Shown: one piece after another, positions 51,006 through 61,077 of the stretch
Numbering within the stretch: the first letter of the stretch is position 1
Layout of the letters: each line of letters opens with the position of its first letter
Assembly: GCA_963707635.1 (NCBI GenBank)
Contig: OY970173.1
Span: forward strand, 256,001-320,000
Direction: 5' to 3'
Length of the DNA stretch: 64,000 nucleotides
DNA from: Candidatus Latescibacterota bacterium
GTDB lineage: Bacteria > Krumholzibacteriota > Krumholzibacteriia > WVZY01 > JAKEHA01
The notes under the pieces: generated by a model
Database searches by the model: none
What the model saw: only the letters and a program-made list of their open reading frames with translations
What the model was told of the DNA's origin: nothing
Program-made: the position numbers and the translations under genes

Positions 51006-51563
51006 TTATGGGCTCAAGGTAATGAGCGACCCGTGGCAGTCCAAGTACGTGTAATACGGTCGTCCATAGAACCGGATCAATACTAGCGGCTCCTTCGGAA
51101 TACAATCCAGTGTCTTAGTGATGTCGCGGGCCTTTCGCGCCAGCTTGCTCGTGCCCGGCTCGACGCGATCGAGCCTAAAATCCGTTTTGGTCGAGTCCAT
51201 CCGGACACACGTCGAATCCCGATTGGTTGCAAACACAAGCGTGTACGCGACCGAGTCTGTGTCACTCAGGGTAATGTGATACTGCCGCCAGCAACCCAAC
51301 TCACGATAGTCCGTCTTGCCGCCGACATGAACGTCATCTCCGTAAGCTGGTCGCAGTTTGATTTCGACTGCAACCGGCGGCCAGGCGAGGTGCGTGCCCG
51401 GCGCGCATTCCCCGGTTGCCTTAAGACTCTCAGCCGTCTGCTCAACGATCCGCTTCTTCTCATTGGAGAGTGGCCACCAATCCTTGTACGGCCCTCCACT
51501 GTAGTGCTTTGGCGGGAGCGTGAGGACTAAGACAAGCAGGAGTTGAACGACGACCGGCATCAT
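51006..51563 (-). CDS. Hypothetical protein, lower GC, hydrophobic N-terminus
   Basis: Open frame filling the udg-DUF1579 gap; no recognised motif. Confidence 0.55.
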   Translation of the reverse strand: MMPVVVQLLLVLVLTLPPKHYSGGPYKDWWPLSNEKKRIVEQTAESLKATGECAPGTHLAWPPVAVEIKLRPAYGDDVHVGGKTDYRELGCWRQYHITLSDTDSVAYTLVFATNRDSTCVRMDSTKTDFRLDRVEPGTSKLARKARDITKTLDCIPKEPLVLIRFYGRPYYTYLDCHGSLITLSP

Positions 51564-51573
51564 GCCGCCTTAT

Positions 51574-52287
51574 TTACGCGTCTTTCAACAGCGCCATCAA
51601 CTTCTTCATGTCCTCCCAGCACGGTGCTTTGAAGGCGGGGTTTCGCAGCAGCGCGGCCGGGTGATAGGTGACGATCACAGGAATTCCTTCGTAGCGATAC
51701 TGGCCGCTGCGCATCGCGCCCAGCGGCGCGTCGGTCTTCAAGAGCCAGTGCGCGGCGATGCGGCCGAGCGCGCAGATGTACTTGGGCTGGATCAGCGCGA
51801 TCTGCGCGCGCAGGTACTCCTCGCAGCACTCCACTTCCGCCGGCAGCGGGTCGCGATTCTGGGGCGGGCGGCACTTGAGCACGTTGGCGATGTAGACGTC
51901 TTCCCGCTTCATCCCCATCGCCGCGATGATCTTGTTCAGCAACTGTCCGGCCCGCCCGACGAACGGCTCACCCTTCGCATCTTCGTCGGCACCGGGAGCC
52001 TCGCCGATGAACAGGAGTTTCGCGTGGGGATTACCGACGCCAAAGACGGTCTGGGTCCGACTCTGGTGAAGCGCGCAGCGGGTACACACCGACACGGTCT
52101 TCGCGAGCGCGGCGAGGTCGGCGGACGCTCCCGGCGGGGTGGCGGGCACGCGGGGCGAAGGCACGGTGATCGACAGGTCCGATTGAGGCAGCGCCGCCCC
52201 CTCCAGGTACACGGAACGAATCCCCTTCGCCTGAAGACGCTTGAGCGCGGACAGGGCTTCCCGGCGGGTCTCGGTGCGGTCGGTCAT
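51574..52287 (-). CDS. Family 4 uracil-DNA glycosylase (Fe-S)
   Basis: CTRC, GEAPG..ED..G.PFVG, KCRPP.NR, TYHPA. Confidence 0.96.
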   Translation of the reverse strand: MTDRTETRREALSALKRLQAKGIRSVYLEGAALPQSDLSITVPSPRVPATPPGASADLAALAKTVSVCTRCALHQSRTQTVFGVGNPHAKLLFIGEAPGADEDAKGEPFVGRAGQLLNKIIAAMGMKREDVYIANVLKCRPPQNRDPLPAEVECCEEYLRAQIALIQPKYICALGRIAAHWLLKTDAPLGAMRSGQYRYEGIPVIVTYHPAALLRNPAFKAPCWEDMKKLMALLKDA

Positions 52288-52358
52288 GCAGGCAGACTAG
52301 CGGTTCCGGTGCCGGCCGGCAAGCCGGCTCGGAAACATGCGAGTCGGTCGCGCGGGAA

Positions 52359-53567
52359 TCAGGCGCGGCGGAGGGTACGCCCTTTGGCGACGAGTTCCAG
52401 GATTCGCCGCGCCAGCTCACGCTTGCTCTCGGCGGCCGGGCTCGTGTAGACGACACCGCTCGCGTCGTAGACGGTCACGACGTTGGTGTCGCTGCCGAAG
52501 GCCGCGTCGGGCCGGTTCAGGATCATCAGGTCGCACTGCTTCCTGGCCAGCTTGGCGCGCGCGTTCTGCTCCTCGTCGCCGGTCTCGAGCGCGAAGCCAA
52601 CGATCACGCGCTTGCCTTTTTCGGCGCCGAGCGCGGCCAGGATGTCCTCGGTCTTCACCAGCTCGAGCGTCCAGGTGTCGCTCGACTTCTTCTTCTGCGC
52701 GAGCGGGGCCGCCGGACGAAAGTCGCTGACCGCGGCCACCATCACCAGTACGTCGGTTTTCGCGAACGATTCCTTCAGCGCGCGCGACATCTCCTCGCTG
52801 GTGCGCACGCGGGTGATGCGGACCCCGTGCGGGGCCGCCACCGACGTGCGCGCGGCCACTACGGTGACGTCGGCGCCGAGGTCGCGCGCCGCTTCCGCCA
52901 GCGCGAAGCCCATCTTGCCGCTGGATCGATTCGAGACCACGCGGGCGGGGTCGATGTCCTCTTCGGTGCCCCCCACGCTCACCAGCACCCGCACGCCGCG
53001 CCACGGTGAGTCCAGGAGCGTCTGCACTGCCGCGAAAATGGTCTCCGGCTCCGCCATTCTGCCGGTCGCTTCGTAGCCGCACGCGAGGTCGCCCTTCTCC
53101 GGCGGCGCCACGAGGAAACCCCGGTCGGAGAGAAGGCGCATGTTGTCCTGCGTCCCCGCGTTTTCCCACATGGCGTCATTCATCGCGGGCGCCAGCATCA
53201 CCGGCCCGCGATAGGCACTCACGATGGTGGCGAGGAGGTCGTCCGCCTTGCCGTGGGCGAGGTTGGCCAGCGTGTTGGCGGTGCACGGCGCGATCACGAC
53301 CAGGTCGGGCCACCTGGCGAGGTCGATGTGTTCGATCGGGGACACGGCGCCGGCGGACTTGCCCTCGCCTTCGAACATGCGCAGGTGGACGGGATGCTCG
53401 GAGAGGGACTCGAAGGTGAGCGGCGTGACGAACTCGGTGGCAGCCGCGGTCATGACGACCTTGACGTCGGCGCCCGCGCGCTTCAAGAGGCGAAGCAGAT
53501 AGACGGCCTTGTAGGCGGCGATCCCGCCGGTAACTCCGAGGAGAATCTTCTTTCCGGTGAGGCTCAC
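52359..53567 (-). CDS. coaBC: Bifunctional CoaBC
   Basis: GVTGGIAAYK, APAMN..MW, SNRSSGKMG, VGFALET. Confidence 0.98.
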   Translation of the reverse strand: MSLTGKKILLGVTGGIAAYKAVYLLRLLKRAGADVKVVMTAAATEFVTPLTFESLSEHPVHLRMFEGEGKSAGAVSPIEHIDLARWPDLVVIAPCTANTLANLAHGKADDLLATIVSAYRGPVMLAPAMNDAMWENAGTQDNMRLLSDRGFLVAPPEKGDLACGYEATGRMAEPETIFAAVQTLLDSPWRGVRVLVSVGGTEEDIDPARVVSNRSSGKMGFALAEAARDLGADVTVVAARTSVAAPHGVRITRVRTSEEMSRALKESFAKTDVLVMVAAVSDFRPAAPLAQKKKSSDTWTLELVKTEDILAALGAEKGKRVIVGFALETGDEEQNARAKLARKQCDLMILNRPDAAFGSDTNVVTVYDASGVVYTSPAAESKRELARRILELVAKGRTLRRA

Positions 53568-53589
53568 AACTGTGGGGCGTGGTGTGAGA

Positions 53590-53683
53590 GAGGCGTGTGA
53601 TGTCTTTGCTTGCTCAGACAGTCCTCACGCGCAGTTTACTGGTAGCGCGCTGCGGAACTCGCCGCAAAGACATCACACGCCTC
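53590..53683 (-). repeat. Structured intergenic repeat, copy D (diverged core, perfect 20 bp outer inverted repeat)
   Basis: GAGGCGTGTGATGTCTTTGC/GCAAAGACATCACACGCCTC; minus-strand core GCGAGTTCCGCAGCGCGC...GCGCGTGAGGAC..TGAGC aligns with copy B. Confidence 0.8.
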
Positions 53684-53691
53684 CCGTTTGC

Positions 53692-53940
53692 CTACGACTC
53701 CTGGAAGAAGTCGCCGCTGCCGGTCGTCTCCTCGACGAACGAGTAGGTGATCTTGCCGTTGATCAGCCGCTTGACCGCGGTGGAGGTGGGCTTGAAGTCC
53801 GGCTCGGGCTCCGCGCCCCGGACCACGAGCGAGTTCAAACGGCGCGCCTCGCGGGCCATGACGCGCACAGCTTCGTAGCGGTTGAGAATCCTGGCAGTGA
53901 CTTTTTCGATGATGACGAGCTTCTCGATCCGGATCGACAT
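53692..53940 (-). CDS. rpoZ: RNA polymerase omega subunit (divergent)
   Basis: NRYEAV...A.EAR.L, KPT..A; gmk-rpoZ-coaBC synteny. Confidence 0.85.
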   Translation of the reverse strand: MSIRIEKLVIIEKVTARILNRYEAVRVMAREARRLNSLVVRGAEPEPDFKPTSTAVKRLINGKITYSFVEETTGSGDFFQES

Positions 53941-53975
53941 GGTTTCTCCTCACTGAAAACTACAGGACGCCGCCT

Positions 53976-54587
53976 TCAGCGGGTCAGCTTCGACATGAAT
54001 TCCGCGGTCTTGCGATCCCGGCGGCAGCGTTCGGCGGTCACGATGGCCTCGAGTTCCCTGCCGGCACGCACCAGATCGTCGTTGACCACCAGGTAGTCGT
54101 ACCGGGAGCTGGCGCCGATCTCCACGCGGGCATTCGTCAGCCGGACCTCGAGTTCGTCGGCCGACACATCCCCACGGCCGCGCAGGCGTTCTCCCAGGCT
54201 GGCGAGCGCTGGCGGCAATATGAAGATCATGACGGCGGCGGGAAAGATCCTTTTTACCCGATCTCCCCCCTGGATGTCAATATTGAGCACCACGTCGCGG
54301 CCCGCGGCGAGCTGATTCTCGACGAAGGCCCGGGGCGTACCGTAAAGCTCCCCATGGACTTCCGCCCACTCGATCAATTCTCGCGCCTTCATGCGCTCGA
54401 ACTCGGCGCTGTCGACGAAGAAGTAGTCGCGCCCGTTGGATTCCCCGCTGCGGGGTGGGCGGGTGGTGGTGGAAATGGACCGCGCGAGCAGGGGGTCGGC
54501 CGTCAGCAGACCCTTCACCAGGGTGGTCTTCCCCACACCCGATGGGCCCGAGACGACGAACAATGAACTCTGGGACGAACGCGGCAC
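53976..54587 (-). CDS. gmk: Guanylate kinase
   Basis: SGPSGVGKTT, TTRPPR.GE..G.DY.F, YGT. Confidence 0.98.
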   Translation of the reverse strand: MPRSSQSSLFVVSGPSGVGKTTLVKGLLTADPLLARSISTTTRPPRSGESNGRDYFFVDSAEFERMKARELIEWAEVHGELYGTPRAFVENQLAAGRDVVLNIDIQGGDRVKRIFPAAVMIFILPPALASLGERLRGRGDVSADELEVRLTNARVEIGASSRYDYLVVNDDLVRAGRELEAIVTAERCRRDRKTAEFMSKLTR

Positions 54588-54591
54588 GCCG

Positions 54592-55467
54592 CTACTCCAG
54601 GTTCTGGACCTGCTCGCGGAGCTTCTCGGTCTCTTCCTTGAGAACGATGACGTGCTGGATGACCTCCGAGTCGGAAGCCTTGGCGCCGATGGTCGACGCT
54701 TCGCGGTGCATTTCCTGCAGGAGGTACGTCAGTTTCTTCGACACTTCGCCGCCGTCCTTGAGCGCCCGGTTGAACTGATCCTGGTGGCTTCGAAGCCGCG
54801 TCAGCTCCTCGGTGAAGTCCGAGCGATCCGCCAGCAGCACGATCTCGGTGACCAGCCGCTCTTCGCTCAGCGCCACGTCGCCCGCGAGCTGCGTCACGCG
54901 CTTGCGCAACGCCTCCGCCTGCTTCTTCGCCATCTCGGGCGCGAGCTTCTCGATCGCGCCGACGGTGCGATCGATGGTGCGCATGCGCTCCACGAGATCT
55001 TTTCCGAGCGTGGCGCCCTCGTCGACGCGCATGCGAGCGCACTGGTCCAGCGCGCTCGACAGGCTCTTCGACACCAGCTTCCACAGTTCGTCTTCGCCCG
55101 GCTCGGTCTCCTTTGCGATCACGGCCTCGGGCAGCTGGACGAGCGCGTCCAGGCTGACGTGCGGGTCGAGCCCGCGCTTCTTCGCGAACTGCTGCAGCTG
55201 GGTCAGGTACTGCTCGAGGGCCACCTCGTTGAGGGTGACCGCGTGGCCGGCCATCGTGGATTCGACCGCGATGGTAAGTGTCACGCGACCGCGCGCGAGT
55301 TTCCCGCGCACGATCTCCTTGATCTCCGACTCGCGGTTCTGGAGCACCCGGGGAAGCTTGAACGAGAGGTCGAGGAAACGATGGTTGACCGAACGGACCT
55401 CGACCGTGACGGTCGACGCCCCGTTGGTGGCCATCGCCTGGCCGAATCCAGTCATGCTGACGAGCAT
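54592..55467 (-). CDS. yicC: YicC/YloC family endoribonuclease
   Basis: SMTGFG, SVNHRFLD, QEMHRE..T, REQVQN.E. Confidence 0.96.
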   Translation of the reverse strand: MLVSMTGFGQAMATNGASTVTVEVRSVNHRFLDLSFKLPRVLQNRESEIKEIVRGKLARGRVTLTIAVESTMAGHAVTLNEVALEQYLTQLQQFAKKRGLDPHVSLDALVQLPEAVIAKETEPGEDELWKLVSKSLSSALDQCARMRVDEGATLGKDLVERMRTIDRTVGAIEKLAPEMAKKQAEALRKRVTQLAGDVALSEERLVTEIVLLADRSDFTEELTRLRSHQDQFNRALKDGGEVSKKLTYLLQEMHREASTIGAKASDSEVIQHVIVLKEETEKLREQVQNLE

Positions 55468-55510
55468 CGTGCTACTTTCGCGCCGGTTGAAACCCGCGAC
55501 GAGGCTCTAT

Positions 55511-55538
55511 ACTATAGACCGCGCTCGCGCCGTGTCAA
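55511..55538 (-). promoter_or_regulatory. Sigma70-type promoter of the yicC-gmk operon
   Basis: TTGACA-16-TATAGT. Confidence 0.6.
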
Positions 55539-55590
55539 TCTGCAACGGTGCGATGCGGCCGTCCTACAGCCCGCAACGAACGATCCGAAC

Positions 55591-57069
55591 ATGAACATCA
55601 CGCTGCTGGAGCGTTTGATCCACGAGATTCGCGACGACCTCGTGGGCCGGTCGCTGGGAACTCCGTCGTGGGTTGCGCCCGTGCTGGCGATCCCGGTCGG
55701 CGGGGTCGGCGTCCACCTGGTCGCGATCCTGGAGTCGCCCGGACCCTTCTGCTTTCTCGCGGACGCATCGCCTTTTGGCGCCGCGCGTGCGCCGGCCCGA
55801 TTCGCGAAGCTAAACGGGGCCAAGATCCGCGACATCGTGCTGCACGACCAGGATCGCATCCTGCGCATCGATGCGGTGACACGCGCCGATCGTGAACCCG
55901 TGAGCCTGCAGGTGCGGTTGTTCGGATCCGCAGGCGGCGCCGCGCTCTTCGACGATGATGCCATCGGCGAAACCGTCGGGGCGATGCGCGTCGAGACCGA
56001 GGGGACCGCGCGCGCACGGCCCGAATGGTCCGTGTGGCCGCCCGCGCCGGTGATGCTCGCGAGCCGTGGGCGTCTCGCGCTCGCCGCGCCGGTGGCGGCT
56101 TCGGACGCTGCCCCCGGCGAAGGGATGTTCGGCCCCTTCGCCGATGCGCGAACCGCGTGCCGTCACGTCGGCGGGCTGATTCTCGACGCGGCACACACCG
56201 CGATTCTGCGCCGCATCGCACGGCCGGCGCGGCGCAAGCTCGACGGCATGCACAAGCTGGTCGTCAACCTGGAGCACGACCTCGAGCGTTCCGGCGACCA
56301 CGCCGATGTGCGCCGGGAGGCGGAAACGCTCGCCGCCTTTCAGTCGCAGGTGCCGACCGGCTCGGCGGGCGTGACTCTTCCCGACGTCTACGATCCGACG
56401 CGCGAGGTCTTCATCGAGCTGGATCCCACCGAGTCGGTTCACGTGCAGGTCGAGAAGCGATTTCGCAAGGCGGCAAAGCTGGAAAAAGGCGCCGTGCACG
56501 CACAGCGCCGGCTCGAGCTCGTCCGTCGTGAGATCACGGAACTCGACGCGGCACTGGCCGTGCTGGAAGCGGGAGGAACGTTCGAAGCGTCGCTGCGCAC
56601 GTTCGAGGCCTTGCGGGCCAGGTTTGGCATCGAGCTGGAAGGCCCGCGCGTGACCAGCGGTGCGGCTCCCCGCCGGCAGGCGGCCGGGAAAACCTATCGC
56701 CAGTTCGACCTCGACTCGCGCTGGTTCGCCCTCGTCGGCCGCAGCAATCACGAGAACGACGAGCTCACCTTCAAGGTCGCGGGCCCCGGCGATTACTGGT
56801 TCCACGCGCAAGGCGTCGCGGGCTCGCACGTGGTGCTCAAGTCGCGGGGCGGCGGCGATGGGCCGTCGGCCCGGATCATCCAGCGGACGGCAATGCTCGC
56901 CGCGCATTTCTCCAAGGCGCGGCACAGCAGCCTGGTCCCGGTCATCTACACCCAGAAGAAATACGTGAGGAAGTTCCGCGGCGCCAAACCGGGACAGGTA
57001 GCCTGCGAGCGCGAAGCCATGGTGATGGTTCCCCCGGTCCTGCCGGGCCCCGTGACCGACTCCTCCTAG
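55591..57069 (+). CDS. rqcH: NFACT/Rqc2 (RqcH-like) ribosome quality-control protein
   Basis: DRI motif, coiled coil, NFACT-R GRSN.END.L...DYWFHA...GSHVV, YTQKKYV.K. Confidence 0.85.
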   Translation: MNITLLERLIHEIRDDLVGRSLGTPSWVAPVLAIPVGGVGVHLVAILESPGPFCFLADASPFGAARAPARFAKLNGAKIRDIVLHDQDRILRIDAVTRADREPVSLQVRLFGSAGGAALFDDDAIGETVGAMRVETEGTARARPEWSVWPPAPVMLASRGRLALAAPVAASDAAPGEGMFGPFADARTACRHVGGLILDAAHTAILRRIARPARRKLDGMHKLVVNLEHDLERSGDHADVRREAETLAAFQSQVPTGSAGVTLPDVYDPTREVFIELDPTESVHVQVEKRFRKAAKLEKGAVHAQRRLELVRREITELDAALAVLEAGGTFEASLRTFEALRARFGIELEGPRVTSGAAPRRQAAGKTYRQFDLDSRWFALVGRSNHENDELTFKVAGPGDYWFHAQGVAGSHVVLKSRGGGDGPSARIIQRTAMLAAHFSKARHSSLVPVIYTQKKYVRKFRGAKPGQVACEREAMVMVPPVLPGPVTDSS

Positions 57070-57077
57070 GCGCCTCC

Positions 57078-57114
57078 AAAAAAAAGAGAGGAGCACCGAA
57101 GTGCTCCCCTCTTT
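57078..57114 (-). terminator. Intrinsic terminator (minus strand, probably bidirectional)
   Basis: Minus strand AGAGGGGAGCAC-TTCG-GTGCTCCTCTCT followed by a T run. Confidence 0.85.
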
Positions 57115-57345
57115 CGCGTTCCTAGAGAGCGATACCGCTCGGAATCACGCTAAGGGCAAGGGCTATGATTCACTGGCTTGGCGAGCCACTCAGGGGAAGG
57201 CACTCGACCTCGAAGACCAGAGTCCACAAGGAAAGGAGTACGCAGCCTCCAGGTACCGCCCTCTAGTTGACCGCAACACCGCCTCTTCCTGTATCCCGGT
57301 ACCCCTGCTGGAGCACCCTTCCTTAGATGCGGCACTGCCGTCGGA
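57078..57345 (-). ncRNA. Candidate ~270 nt structured small RNA
   Basis: Bounded by a sigma54 motif and an intrinsic terminator; nested helices; no convincing ORF. Confidence 0.55.
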
Positions 57346-57356
57346 CATTGCAATAC

Positions 57357-57372
57357 GCAACCGACATGCCAA
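57357..57372 (-). promoter_or_regulatory. Sigma54 (-24/-12) promoter
   Basis: TTGGCATGTCGGTTGC matches TGGCAYG-N4-TTGC with exact spacing. Confidence 0.7.
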
Positions 57373-57509
57373 CCTGCCGAAAGCCAGGCGCACGCAAAAA
57401 CACGGTAACTTAGCTAGCTAAATGCTATTAGGAACCTGTAGACGGGTGTATCGGGCGGGCGGAAAAAGCTACGAGTAAAGCAAATTGACGAGGCGGAAAT
57501 AATTTTAAC

Positions 57510-57761
57510 TTACCGGTCTACGAACCCGCTCTCTCCTTCGAACGGATTGGTATCCTCCGGAATCCAGTAAACGACGATAGCACTGCCGTATGGGCCGGCG
57601 ATGAGAATGAACATCCCGCCGTCTTCACCGTAGCCCAGGATTTCCCCATCGGGAACGGCGCGGTCCCGGGACGAATTCGCCGCAATCGCGAATGACGCCA
57701 CCGGCACGAACGCCAGCAGGAGGCCCAGGCAAAGCACAACTATCCGGACGGGTCGTTTCAT
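57510..57761 (-). CDS. Small secreted hypothetical protein (83 aa)
   Basis: Clear signal peptide MKRPVRIVVLCLGLLLAFVPVASFA; TGnTATAGT 8 nt upstream of ATG. Confidence 0.6.
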   Translation of the reverse strand: MKRPVRIVVLCLGLLLAFVPVASFAIAANSSRDRAVPDGEILGYGEDGGMFILIAGPYGSAIVVYWIPEDTNPFEGESGFVDR

Positions 57762-57819
57762 CAGGGGAGACTATATCAAGAAAACGGCCATTCGCAAAGC
57801 CCGAACTTTCAAGGTTTTC

Positions 57820-59736
57820 TTAAATTTTTCGACTCTCCCCGAGGCGTGGTCCGGCCACCCGGACGTTCCCCTGGCGCCGCGTGACCCCCGTTTCGTCGAA
57901 ATACTCGAGCAGCGGGATGGCGTGTTTTCGGGTCAGCCCCAGGGCCGCCTTGAGATCCCCCACCGAAACCTCCGCGCGCGTCTCGATCAGCGTTCGGATA
58001 ACGACCTCGCAGCGGGCGAGCGCCTCCGGGTCGACGAGCCCGTCGCCCAGCTCCACGATCTCGCCGCGGTCCCTCATCAGCTGAACGACGTCCGCGAAAC
58101 GTTCCCCTCCCGCCCACGTGCGCGAGACTTCATCCCGCGAGAGAAACGTCACACCCGCGGCGCGGATCCGTTCCCGCACGGCGCCGACCGCGGCTTCCAG
58201 TGGCGCGGATAGCGCGAGCGCGGGCGTTCCTGCCCGCACGCGGTTCTCGCGGACGAAGAGCGGCTGCATCGTCGCCAGCACGTCGATCACACGGTTGAAG
58301 ACGGCCGTGCCGTGGACGAAACCCAGACGTTGCCGCAGCTCCTCCTTGTCGATACCCCAGTGCAGCGGGTTGCGCGCCGTGTGCGCGAGCGCCAGTTCCG
58401 CGGCCCGCGCCGCGAGCGCCTCCAGCGCCCGCCGGTCGAACAACCGTCCCGACACCGCCACCGCGGACCCGTCCGCGACCAGCGACGCCGCGGCGGCCGC
58501 GTCGACACGCGCTTCCTCCACCCCTTCGGCTCCGGCGCGCTCGACCGTTTTCGCAAGCACGGCGTGCGGATCGCCCTGTTCACGGACGCGCAGCCGATCG
58601 ACCGCGGCGGCGTCGGAGCGCCGGTGCGGTTCGGCGCTCGGATTGACGACGACGCCGCCGCCGATCACCCGGGCCGGTGAGTAGGTGCGAATTACGACGC
58701 GGTCGCCGGCATCAGCGACGATCGGCGACTCCAGGCGCAACTGCGCGAGCCCCGATTCACCGGTGTGGAGCGCGTCGCCCTCGAGGAGGATGACCCGCCC
58801 GAGCACTTCGCGCGCTCCGTGGTGGATGCGAACCCGCTCCCGGTTCTCGAGCTCGACGTCCCCGTGCGCGGCCAGCGCCAGCCGCACGTCGACGGTGGTC
58901 GCCGCGGCAAACCGCCCGGGTGTCGTCAGCATGTCCCCGCGTTCGATCTCTTCGAGTTTTGCTCCGTGCAGGGCCAGGGCGATTCGCTCGCCGGCGGTCC
59001 CTTCCGTGCGCCTGGCGCCGAAACTCTGAATCTCGCGCACCCGCACGCGCCGCCCCAGGGGCAGCAGGTCCAGCTCGTCGCCCACCACCACACGGCCCGA
59101 ATAGCAGCTGCCCGTCACCACCACCCCAATCCCCTTCTGGTGAAAGACCCGATCGACGGCGAGCCGAAACGCTCCCGTCGCCGCGCGTGTCTCGACACCG
59201 CGGGCCAGCGATAACAGCTCGGCACGCAACGCGTCCAGCCCGGCGCCGGTTCGAGCGGACACCGCCACCACCGGCGCACCCTCGAGAAACGTCCCCTGCA
59301 CCAGCACGGCAATGCTTTCATAGAGCGCGGGCAGCGCTTCGTCGGCGACGAGATCCTGCTTTGAAATCGCCACCAGGCCACGACGCACACCGAGCGAGCG
59401 CAACACTTCGAGGTGTTCGACCGTCTGGGGCATGACGCCCTCGTCCGCGGCCACCAGCAGCATCGCCAGGTCGATTCCCCCCGCTCCGGCGACCATCTGC
59501 CGGACGAAGCGCTCGTGTCCGGGGACGTCGATCACGCCGACGAACACGTCGTCCGCGAGCGGCAGCGGGGCGAAGCCGAGCTCGATCGAAATACCGCGCT
59601 CTTTCTCTTCTTTGAGGCGATCCGTGTCGTGGCCGGTGAGCGCGCGGACCAGCTCGGTCTTGCCGTGGTCGACGTGGCCGGCGGTCCCGAGGATGAGGTG
59701 GCGCGGCGCGGGGGAGGTTGCGCGGGTCGGGTTCAC
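57820..59736 (-). CDS. selB: Selenocysteine-specific elongation factor SelB
   Basis: [35 protein letters not shown]-terminal winged helix [16 protein letters not shown] start just after the murA stop. Confidence 0.95.
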   Translation of the reverse strand: MNPTRATSPAPRHLILGTAGHVDHGKTELVRALTGHDTDRLKEEKERGISIELGFAPLPLADDVFVGVIDVPGHERFVRQMVAGAGGIDLAMLLVAADEGVMPQTVEHLEVLRSLGVRRGLVAISKQDLVADEALPALYESIAVLVQGTFLEGAPVVAVSARTGAGLDALRAELLSLARGVETRAATGAFRLAVDRVFHQKGIGVVVTGSCYSGRVVVGDELDLLPLGRRVRVREIQSFGARRTEGTAGERIALALHGAKLEEIERGDMLTTPGRFAAATTVDVRLALAAHGDVELENRERVRIHHGAREVLGRVILLEGDALHTGESGLAQLRLESPIVADAGDRVVIRTYSPARVIGGGVVVNPSAEPHRRSDAAAVDRLRVREQGDPHAVLAKTVERAGAEGVEEARVDAAAAASLVADGSAVAVSGRLFDRRALEALAARAAELALAHTARNPLHWGIDKEELRQRLGFVHGTAVFNRVIDVLATMQPLFVRENRVRAGTPALALSAPLEAAVGAVRERIRAAGVTFLSRDEVSRTWAGGERFADVVQLMRDRGEIVELGDGLVDPEALARCEVVIRTLIETRAEVSVGDLKAALGLTRKHAIPLLEYFDETGVTRRQGNVRVAGPRLGESRKI

Positions 59737-59737
59737 A

Positions 59738-60997
59738 TCACTGGGCGGCGCGTTCGATGCGCGCCCCGATGGCCCGGAGCTTCTCTTCGATGCGCTGGTA
59801 CCCGCGGTCGATGTGATACACACGCAGGATCTCGGAGCGTCCCGTCGCGGCCATGGCGGCCAGGATCAGCCCCGAACTGGCGCGGATGTCGGTCGCCATC
59901 ACCGGCGCGCCTTCGAGCGACGACACGCCACGAATGACGGCGAGGTTGCCGTCCAGGCGAATGTCGGCTCCGAAGCGGCGCAGCTCCGGCACGTGGGTGA
60001 AGCGGTCGGGATAGATGGTTTCCTTCACGGTGCTGACACCGTTCGCGCGGCAGAGAACCGCGATGATCTGCGCCTGCATGTCGGTCGGAAACCCGGGGTA
60101 TTCCCGCGTCACCACGTCGGTCGCGGTGAGGCGCTGCGGCCCGATCACGCGCACGCGGCGGTCGCCGACCTCGACGCGGCACCCGGCCGATTCGAGCGTG
60201 GCCAGCACGGCGCCCAGGTGGCCGGGGTCGCAGTGCGTAACCGTCACGTCGCCGCCGGTGATGGCGGCCGCGGCGGCGAACGTCTCCGCCTCGATGCGGT
60301 CCGCGATGACGTCGTGGCGCAGCGGCCGCACCGACGTCGCGCCGTGGATCACCAGTCGCGCCGTCCCCGCGCCTTCGATCTCGACCCCGCATTCATGCAG
60401 CGCGTGGACCAGATCGGTGATCTCCGGCTCGAGCGCGGCGTTTTCGATGACGCTGGTGCCTTCGGCGAGCGCGGCCGCCATCACCGTCTGCGCGGTGGCG
60501 CCCACGCTCGAGGTCGGGAACACGACTTCGGCGCCGCGCAAGCGCTTGCAGGTGGCTTCGATATAGCCGTGGTCGAGCTGAATGGTGGCGCCGAGCTTCT
60601 CCATCGCCATCAGGTGAAGGTCGATGGGCCGCGGCCCCCACGCGCACCCTCCCGGCATGCTGACGCGCGCACGCCCGTGCACGGCGAGCGTCGGCGCCAG
60701 CACGTAGATCGACGCGCGCATGGTACGCACGAGATCGTACGGCGCCTCGACGCCGTTCGCGGCCGAGGTATCGATGGTGAGGACGCCGCCCTGCTGGGAC
60801 GTCTTCGCCCCCAGCACCTCGAGCATTTTCGCCATGGTGGCGACGTCGCGCAGCTCGGGCACGTTCTTGATGACGCTGGTCCCGCGCGCGAGCAGCGCCG
60901 CCGCCATGAGCGGCAGCACCGCGTTCTTGGCGCCGTGGACGCTCACTTCCCCGTGCAGCGGGGTCGGTCCGTCGATGATGAACTTGTCCATGCTCAA
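59738..60997 (-). CDS. murA: UDP-N-acetylglucosamine 1-carboxyvinyltransferase
   Basis: [32 protein letters not shown]. Confidence 0.99.
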   Translation of the reverse strand: MSMDKFIIDGPTPLHGEVSVHGAKNAVLPLMAAALLARGTSVIKNVPELRDVATMAKMLEVLGAKTSQQGGVLTIDTSAANGVEAPYDLVRTMRASIYVLAPTLAVHGRARVSMPGGCAWGPRPIDLHLMAMEKLGATIQLDHGYIEATCKRLRGAEVVFPTSSVGATAQTVMAAALAEGTSVIENAALEPEITDLVHALHECGVEIEGAGTARLVIHGATSVRPLRHDVIADRIEAETFAAAAAITGGDVTVTHCDPGHLGAVLATLESAGCRVEVGDRRVRVIGPQRLTATDVVTREYPGFPTDMQAQIIAVLCRANGVSTVKETIYPDRFTHVPELRRFGADIRLDGNLAVIRGVSSLEGAPVMATDIRASSGLILAAMAATGRSEILRVYHIDRGYQRIEEKLRAIGARIERAAQ

Positions 60998-61077
60998 TCC
61001 TTGCTAGGAGGCAGACGGCGGCAGAGGGAGTGCACAACCGCCCTCACGGAGTCCGATATGTCGCCTGCCTGGCTTCG

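Noticed and set aside
53596..53677. CRP/FNR site from TGTGA...TCACA
   Set aside because: The half-sites are ~70 bp apart and are simply part of the copy D inverted repeat.
57160..57200. UGA plus hairpin as a SECIS/selenopeptide near selB
   Set aside because: Read-through adds only 8 codons before TAG, there is no redox motif, and the hairpin lacks convincing SECIS features.
61008..61070. Riboswitch upstream of murA
   Set aside because: An interrupted hairpin exists but matches no aptamer I recognise and is not similar to the repeat family.
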